Below are positions 7,025 to 8,509 of a stretch of 8,509 nucleotides of DNA, in pieces. Position 1 is the stretch's first letter, and each line of letters starts with the position of its first letter. The notes beneath the pieces are model-generated. The model made no database searches and was not told where the DNA came from. It saw nothing but the letters and a program-made list of their open reading frames with translations. The DNA comes from Octopus sinensis (taxonomy: Eukaryota). The stretch lies in assembly GCF_006345805.1 (NCBI RefSeq), contig NW_021828422.1, positions 1 through 8,509 on the forward strand, read 5' to 3'. The translations under genes were made by a program, and so were the position numbers.

Positions 7025-7288
7025 CTTTTTTAAAATTCTGTGATAAGACTGTACATCATCTTTAAAGAACTTTAATGAACTTTGGAAATCTGTTTATGTT
7101 ACTTAATTATCTACATTACTTCATGAGTATAGCCTCAACCACTAGGATGTCTAGAGAACTCACATGTATTTTAGCTGATGAGTACGGGACACGTTTATAT
7201 CTGTAATTTTTACAACTTTTAATAAAGCCTGTCCTTGTATGAAACGATTGTACTAAAAACCTATCCATTCTTGTTGCTTCTTTCTCGC
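7025..7288 (+). repeat. Inverted 5'-truncated pLTR copy, right arm of inverted repeat
   Basis: Reverse complement of 3768-4029. It is fused head-to-head to the RT-thumb sequence at 7024/7025, across an A/T-rich run (AAAAAG on the minus strand) that could be microhomology. Confidence 0.97.
7166..7260 (+). ncRNA. Minimal type I hammerhead ribozyme (inverted copy)
   Basis: Helix I TTTTAG(7169-7174)/CTAAAA(7253-7258); CTGATGA 7175-7181; helix II 7182-7191/7230-7240; GAAA 7241-7244; ACGATTGT 7244-7251; GUA cut after 7252. Confidence 0.88.
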
Positions 7289-7328
7289 ATATATATTTAT
7301 ATATATGTATATACATATATATTTATAT
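7289..7328. repeat. Candidate target-site duplication, right copy
   Basis: Starts at the first base after the inverted pLTR and is a direct repeat of 3609-3648. Confidence 0.65.
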
Positions 7329-7366
7329 ATATACTTATATATATATTTGTTTACGTATATATATAT

Positions 7367-7398
<32 letters not shown>

Positions 7399-7570
7399 CA
7401 TATATACATATTTATAATATATATATATGTATATATATATAAATGCATATACACATGCACATGCGCGCGCACAGACTCACACATATATATATATATGTAT
7501 TCATACATACATATATAAATAAATACACACACACACGCCCCATATATATATATACATACACATACATATC
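7289..7570. repeat. Compound (TA)/(CA) microsatellite at the right PLE flank
   Basis: Direct inspection. Confidence 0.95.
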
Positions 7571-8274
7571 TCCGCGCATAATACACACAGACATACGCCT
7601 ATATAATTCATGACGGTTCATGCTTATTCGTTTATTCGTATTCAAAAATTTATAAATCATCAATTATAAATATTATTTACTGCTTATTCAGTAACAATAA
7701 TCACAAAAATACTTATTCTAATTGTATAACATTTTTTTTCAACTAAAAAAACAAAACAATCACAAATAACGCATAATAATAATAATAACAACAATAATAA
7801 TAATTTTAGATTCTTTTGAAAGAATTCTTTTGATCATCCTGTCAAACAGGCTTTTAATTTTTTTTTTCAAAAGTTCCATTAATATTATTAGAGCTGACTC
7901 AAGTTCTATGAATGATTATTATTACGAGATTATTTCAAGTTCTGTCTTGTCGTTCCTCAACGCTTTAATGGAATTGCAGCTCTAAACATTCCTCATTGAA
8001 GTGAACGTATTCTTAATTATTGTTTTCTTTGTATTTTACCCAAATGATCAGAGGCGTTCCGGCCGTGACTATTTCGTTTTTTTTTATATTTTGTTTTGTT
8101 TTGTTTTTCTCTATAGCGATGCAACATATTTCAGTCTACAATTATCTATTGTGGTATCGCATCGTTTTGGTTTTTGTCTGGGATTTAAGCGAGATTTGGT
8201 TGTTACTTTTACCACGTCGAAACGGGAACACAAGAACGAATGTCTATTTGTCTATGTGGCTATCTATTCCACCC

Positions 8275-8378
8275 CTCTCCTCTCTCTCTCACTGTATGTC
8301 TGTCCGTCTTTCTCTCTCTCTCAGTCTTTCTCTTTCTCCCTTTCTCTTTCTCTCTTTCTTTCTTTCTTTCTTTCTATT

Positions 8379-8418
<40 letters not shown>

Positions 8419-8509
8419 TCGTTCTTTCTTTCTCTTTCTCTTTCTTTCTTTCTTTCTTTCTCTCTCTGTTTGTCTGCCTACCTGCTGCCCCCTATCTCTC
8501 TGTCTCTCT
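8275..8509. repeat. (CT)n/(CTTT)n microsatellite
   Basis: Direct inspection. Confidence 0.96.

Larger units (their letters stand above)
3649..7288 (-). mobile_element. 5'-truncated Penelope-like retroelement (Neptune-type, RT then C-terminal GIY-YIG EN) with inverted terminal pLTR copy
   Basis: Minus strand encodes PLE RT-thumb, linker and GIY-YIG motifs. There is a 262/264-bp inverted repeat with a hammerhead in each copy, and a 40-bp flanking direct repeat (3609-3648 / 7289-7328) that sets the boundaries. Clade assignment is from recalled motifs, not a search. Confidence 0.9.

Noticed and set aside
7051-7069. In-frame FFKDDV upstream of the RT thumb, resembling the catalytic YxDD motif
   Set aside because: It lies inside the inverted pLTR (antisense of the 3' UTR), is only 24 residues from VNFLD, lacks other palm motifs, and the frame closes at 7096. 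It is a coincidence, so this copy has no RT active site.
7116-7663. Minus-strand ORFs 7116-7316, 7335-7586 and 7412-7663
   Set aside because: They are microsatellite-derived or antisense to the pLTR.
1-8509. CRISPR array, prokaryotic genes, tRNA/rRNA genes, host exons
   Set aside because: There is no repeat-spacer periodicity or supporting ORF, and the tRNA-like boxes belong to SINEs.

Overview
AT-rich, microsatellite-dense animal genomic DNA with no host gene. I infer a cephalopod (Octopus-like) source from the SINE sequences and repeat density, from recall rather than a search. The main feature is a 3.64-kb 5'-truncated Penelope-like retroelement (PLE, Neptune-type) on the minus strand at 3649-7288. 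It retains the RT thumb, an Asn-expanded linker, a Cys knuckle and a GIY-YIG endonuclease (5335-7024, frameshifted), followed by a 1.7-kb 3' UTR. Its terminal ~262 bp are duplicated in inverted orientation (3768-4029 / 7025-7288), and each copy carries a minimal type I hammerhead ribozyme (HHR) facing outward. A 40-bp direct repeat inside (TA)n flanks the element and looks like a target-site duplication. Outside the element are three more HHR-like relics of unrelated sequence (187-262, 804-860, 2695-2766). As a result, all five CTGANGA sites I found by eye sit in hammerhead architecture. The rest is three tRNA-derived SINE copies and simple repeats. Nearly all ORFs in the supplied track are microsatellite or antisense artefacts.
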